A stretch of 64,000 nucleotides of DNA from Macrostomum lignano (lineage: Eukaryota), in contig NIVC01002026.1 in assembly GCA_002269645.1 (NCBI GenBank), positions 147,380-211,379 of the forward strand, given 5' to 3'. Made by a program: the position numbers and the translations under genes. Shown here piece by piece: positions 59,471 to 64,000 of this stretch (its first letter is position 1; each line of letters begins with the position of its first letter). The notes below the pieces were generated by a model. That model was not told where the DNA came from. It ran no database searches and saw only the letters and a program-made list of their open reading frames with translations.

Positions 59471-61182
59471 CTACTAAATATGATTATATCATTAATTTTT
59501 TCAAATTAGAGTCGAGGTAAGGTACATCGTTTGAGGAAAGCCAGGAAAACGAAAGCAAAAACAAACATTCGCATTTTTCTTTAATAATACGAAATTAAAA
59601 TTTATTAATCTTCGCGCGACATGTTTCGCCGAACAATCGGCATCGTCAGGCAAAAATATAGATGCAAAGGGATAGTATTTTTTTAAGTCTAGTAAGCCAA
59701 AATGATGCAAGAATGGGTATCAGAGTTAGATGGCCCTAAATAAGAGGCAAGCGCATGGGGTCAGAACCCAACAAAGGGTCAAAAAAAGACAGGGGTGCCC
59801 ACCTAGAGACAGGGGCACCAACCAAGAGACATTGGCGCCCACAAAGAGACAGTGGCGCCCACCAAGAGATAGGGACGCACACTTAGAGACAGGGGCGCCC
59901 AGTAAGAAACAGGGTCGCCCACAAAGAGACGGGGTGCATGCCACGAGACAGAAGCACCCATTAAGAGATAGGGGCGCCAACCAAGAAACAAAAATACTCA
60001 ACAAGAGACAGGGGCAAAAACCAAGAGATAAAGGCGCTCACTAAGAGGGGGGGCTCAAAAGACCCAAATGTTATCACATCGCCCAAAAAATAGTCTTTGA
60101 AACCAACGTAAATTTAGGTCCAATAAAAGAGTCCAAGAGTATCTTTAAGAGGTTCATACGTCCACCATCACCCATGAATTGGAGAGGATCTCCGATGGCC
60201 TGGACTCTGTGTCACAATGATGAAGTGCCAATGAAGTGTTAAGTGTCACGCAGCCTCACGGTCAGACGACCGACATCGCCTGTCACACCTCATCAGCCTC
60301 CTCATCACTCTGAGGCTCAATAAAGCTTGATTCGATCAAAGGCTTTAGGAGAGGCCGAAACCTTCATACTCTTTTGATACATGTGATGCACTGTAGATGT
60401 ATTGTGTTTATTGCATGCAATGAAATCTCTCACCCCACTTTCCCACCTACTAAGTTCATCTTGACTGTGCATGGCTGCTCAGTCTACTATGTACCTCTGT
60501 ATTATATACTCGATATTATAGAGAGACAAATGCTTTTTCAGCATATAGCGTACATGTTATAATAAAAAATGGCTTAAGATTATGAGTTTCACGACCAAGC
60601 TATGATAAATACATGTTTACTAGTAAGTAGCAAAGCTTAAGTAACAAAGAAAAAAACATAATCATGATGTGGCTAGAGATAGTGCATGCAACAATAAAAA
60701 CTGTAGAAAACTGGCTTAATTATATTTTAAAACTCTTAAAGGTAAAAAAAACAGCAAACATAAGCACAGTAATACTAGTATAACAGGTAAACTGCGTGAA
60801 TATCATAATCCATCAAAAAGGAAACTAAAACTAAAACTAATACAAGATATGACATAGCATTGATGAAACACTAAAATCTGCCTTTAAGAAATAAATTTTT
60901 ATTAATTATTTAGTCATTAATTACACCGCAGCTATTGAGCGGCGCATCTGACGGCTGCGTACGGCTGTTCAGTCCATCGCCTGGGGGGGGGGTTGCCACC
61001 TCCACCCTCAATTACCGGCCCCAGCTAATGCTGGCACCCATTTTACAGCTGGGTGACCTGATGCAATGCATAGTTGTTAAGTGACACAAATTGTTCCAGT
61101 GCAGGATCCTGAATCGAACCCCTAACCTTCAAGTCGTGAGTCCATCACAGAAATTTACGTTCATATAAAAGTGGAATTCTTA

Positions 61183-62715
61183 CTATAACAAACTGCCACC
61201 CAGCCTGAAGTTTGTCACAATTTTTGCCATCTCTGTCAGGTTGGCAAAATACTCCGGTGTGTGAGTGATACCCCAGCTCGTCCCGCTCTTCGCATGTCGT
61301 GAATGGCGTACACAGGCGGTGAGGAGTCCGTAACCGCGTTGAATTTAGTCATGTCTGAGCACAGCTGCGTCAGTTCTTCACCTTCCGAAGAAAGTACATT
61401 CTGGGGTCAATCCACCGAGCCAATTTGCTGCAACTTTTGCCTAGCTTCAAAATTCGATAGTCCTTAAAATGTTTCGACACACCGTCCAGAGAGTTGTTCT
61501 CGTACGGGTAGAAGCTGAACGAAGGCGGAACGTACACCCCTGCGAGTGGGTTGTTTGTCAGCGGGTAACGGATCTTACTGCTCCAAAGTGATCGTCAGAC
61601 CTTCAGGTCCGGCAAAGGCGAGTATGTCTTCGCTAATCTTTCTTTTTGACAGCTGCTTGAGCACAAATCTGAAGAAAATGTCCAGGCGCAGACATGAGGA
61701 AGGCCGGACTGGCCGCAGGTCTTATCGGCCAGTGAGGCCCGAACAGTTGCAGCGAGTGCGTCTCTGGCTCGCGAGTGACCACCGCGTAGAAGCGACGAAA
61801 CTCGTCCAGACTTCGCACCAGCTTGTAGTCCAGGTCCGTACACGCCGCCGAACTGTCACGATTTGAATTAGGATTTTTTCAGGGCCATTGCACGAATGCA
61901 AATATCACAGCAAGGTAGTTCGACATATGTAATTTGTTATGTTAGGTGTAGCAACGCACGAAAACCAGGCGCATGTAGGTCTGTCCCACATACATTTACA
62001 GTGTATAAGTAGTGATACATGGGTAAATATTTATTGCCGTTCATCAGCCATGACGAGGAAGCAAAAAGGCATTATGACTGACTTAATTCCTGTGTGTAAG
62101 GTGTGAACATGACGTGAATAGTTTTAGACGATCTACCTCTGATTGAAGTTTAGCAAATTTAATTAAACTGTATGTACTCGAGGATCTGCATCTTCGAAGG
62201 AGAAAACAGATTTTAAAATTATTTTTGCAGCGATTTTCGACATACCTTGAGCAGTAGCATGTAGCGAATCATATCGATCCGCATGATTTTCAGCTCCAGC
62301 GACCTGAACTTGTCCAGTAGTTCAGGGAAGTTCGCGGCCACGAATGGCTCCAGGTCCTGGTCGCGCCACAGCACGTAGGTCCAGTCGGGATGAATTCTCT
62401 GCCAAGATTTTACTTGCTGAGCGAAGTAGTCGGATATGAACTCATTGCGCCAGAGAATGTGCCGAATTTTCGGTATCGGGAGAGTGCCGCTTGCGCTCAT
62501 GTGATTTTCATAATGTCGCCTGCAGCTCTCGTTTGCACAGACAGTCGGTAAGAAAGTGTGCAGCGCGGACGGAAACATGTCAGTAGTTTGTTCGAGAATC
62601 ACACCGTCGATGCTTAAATCTTCAAACAGTGACGCCATTAGAGAAAGGCCTGCGTAGCCAAGCATCAGGAGGACAGTCCCGGATACTATTTTCTCCGCTT
62701 GCTGCGGACTAGCAT
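61183..62715 (-). pseudogene. GT32 glycosyltransferase, copy C: frameshifted, with a diverged 5' end
   Basis: Several small deletions in exon 2. Upstream of about 62670 the sequence is a diverged homolog (MLVRSKRRK.. versus MLFRGKLRK..) with a 1-nt deletion. Some indels could be sequencing error. Confidence 0.8.
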
Positions 62716-63404
62716 TTCGGATGTGTTCGCGCTTGCGTAATGATGATGACAGACTTTAAACAAATTTCGTCCACAAATTAGGTAAATGTGTCCATGCTCT
62801 TGACTAATAATTCTAGCTGAGCCAAACCAACAGCTACAGCAGCCTAGTGTGTGCACACGGAAGTGTTGAGACTCATGAAATGCTTCCCTGAGTACATTTA
62901 TACACACAAGTGTCTACATTCTGACTTCAGGTGCACAGCCTTCCCCTGTGTCAAAGAGAATTTAAACTTCCCACCCCAAACTCATACCCCATCTTAGTTT
63001 CTCTCCCCTGACTGTACAATCCTGCCATTCTGCCTATGATTTTCATCCTGGCCTGTCTTCACCTGGTATCACCTGCGATGGAAATAGGGGAACAAAAACG
63101 TGTAGCCAGTTCCCACCGATAACTCAAATTCTTTTGGGCATGGCTTGAATGAACGTATAACCTAATCCCAATATCCCATTGGCTGTGCAACGAAAAGCAG
63201 ACAGTCTTCTCAAGTCATTTAGAAGGTAGTTTCTGAAAGCCGAAGAATTCAATGAACTGTAGAGATTGCAGTTTTATTGGAATCTCTAATAAAGCGTGTT
63301 TTATTTACGTTGCGCAGCTCAACGCGAGAGGGCGCCGCTGCCGTTCAAAATTTTACATTTTCGCAACAATATACTTACAATATACAATATAAAATGCGGC
63401 GTCT

Positions 63405-63506
63405 TCATCGCTTAGGGGCCTGCAAGGCTGTGCTCGATCGCCCACTCGCTCCTCTCCGCCTCTTCGCTCCGGACATTATTGAACATAAATCTTCATAATC
63501 AATATT
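63405..63506 (-). CDS. Probable terminal exon of an EF-hand protein (myosin light chain/calmodulin-like); upstream exons lie beyond the window
   Basis: Acceptor TGTAG| followed by NIDYEDLCSIMSGAKRRRG...KR*, which resembles a final EF-hand (G.IDY..L..IM). AATAAA about 130 bp downstream. Confidence 0.4.
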   Translation of the reverse strand, partial: NIDYEDLCSIMSGAKRRRGASGRSSTALQAPKR

Positions 63507-63597
63507 CTACAGTTGCTGTCTGTAGTTTTCACAAAGTTAATGAACCGTACTAGTCTACCGCATATAATATCACTGAGATCGAATCCATCTCTTAATA

Positions 63598-64000
<403 letters not shown>

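Larger units (their letters stand above)
42385..62670. other. Tandem segmental duplication, unit about 8.6 kb: copy A ~42385-51105, copy B ~51105-59725, partial copy C ~59725-62670
   Basis: Collinear near-identical blocks (hairpin element, SINE, GT32 gene, LINE). The junction GAGTTAGATGGCCCTAAATAAG occurs at about 51104 and 59723. Confidence 0.95.

Overview
Repeat-rich genomic DNA from an invertebrate animal. The small GT-AG introns, polyQ/polyG proteins, dense 13-34 bp minisatellites and tRNA-derived SINEs resemble a free-living flatworm such as Macrostomum, but the species is my inference. Bases 1-12.8 kb are a minus-strand Helitron. I spliced it by hand into an 11-exon OTU-protease + Rep (HUH) + PIF1-helicase gene followed by a separate RPA70-like OB-fold gene, which has a GC-AG intron and runs off the left edge. 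The Helitron is disabled by stops and frameshifts and is interrupted in a Rep exon by a young Mag-like Ty3/Gypsy LTR element (LTRs 195/196 identical, TSD GTACG). Host genes then follow, all on the minus strand: a 3-exon Ly6/three-finger GPI-anchor-type gene, a SAMD1-like gene (winged helix + SAM), an 8-exon epsin, and a small secreted peptide gene with TATA, Kozak and polyA signals. From about 42.4 to 62.7 kb lies a tandem array (about 8.6 kb unit, 2 full copies + 1 partial). Each unit carries a two-exon GT32/DXD glycosyltransferase and a SINE, and the full units also carry a LOA/Lian-like RNase H LINE. Copy-specific events are a Penelope fragment with a hammerhead-like motif, an expanded minisatellite, a MITE deletion with templated filler, and a chimeric third copy. 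The window ends in a probable EF-hand terminal exon and a (GATA)n tract. No rRNA, standalone tRNA or CRISPR array was seen. No database searches were run; all family calls come from motif recognition by eye.
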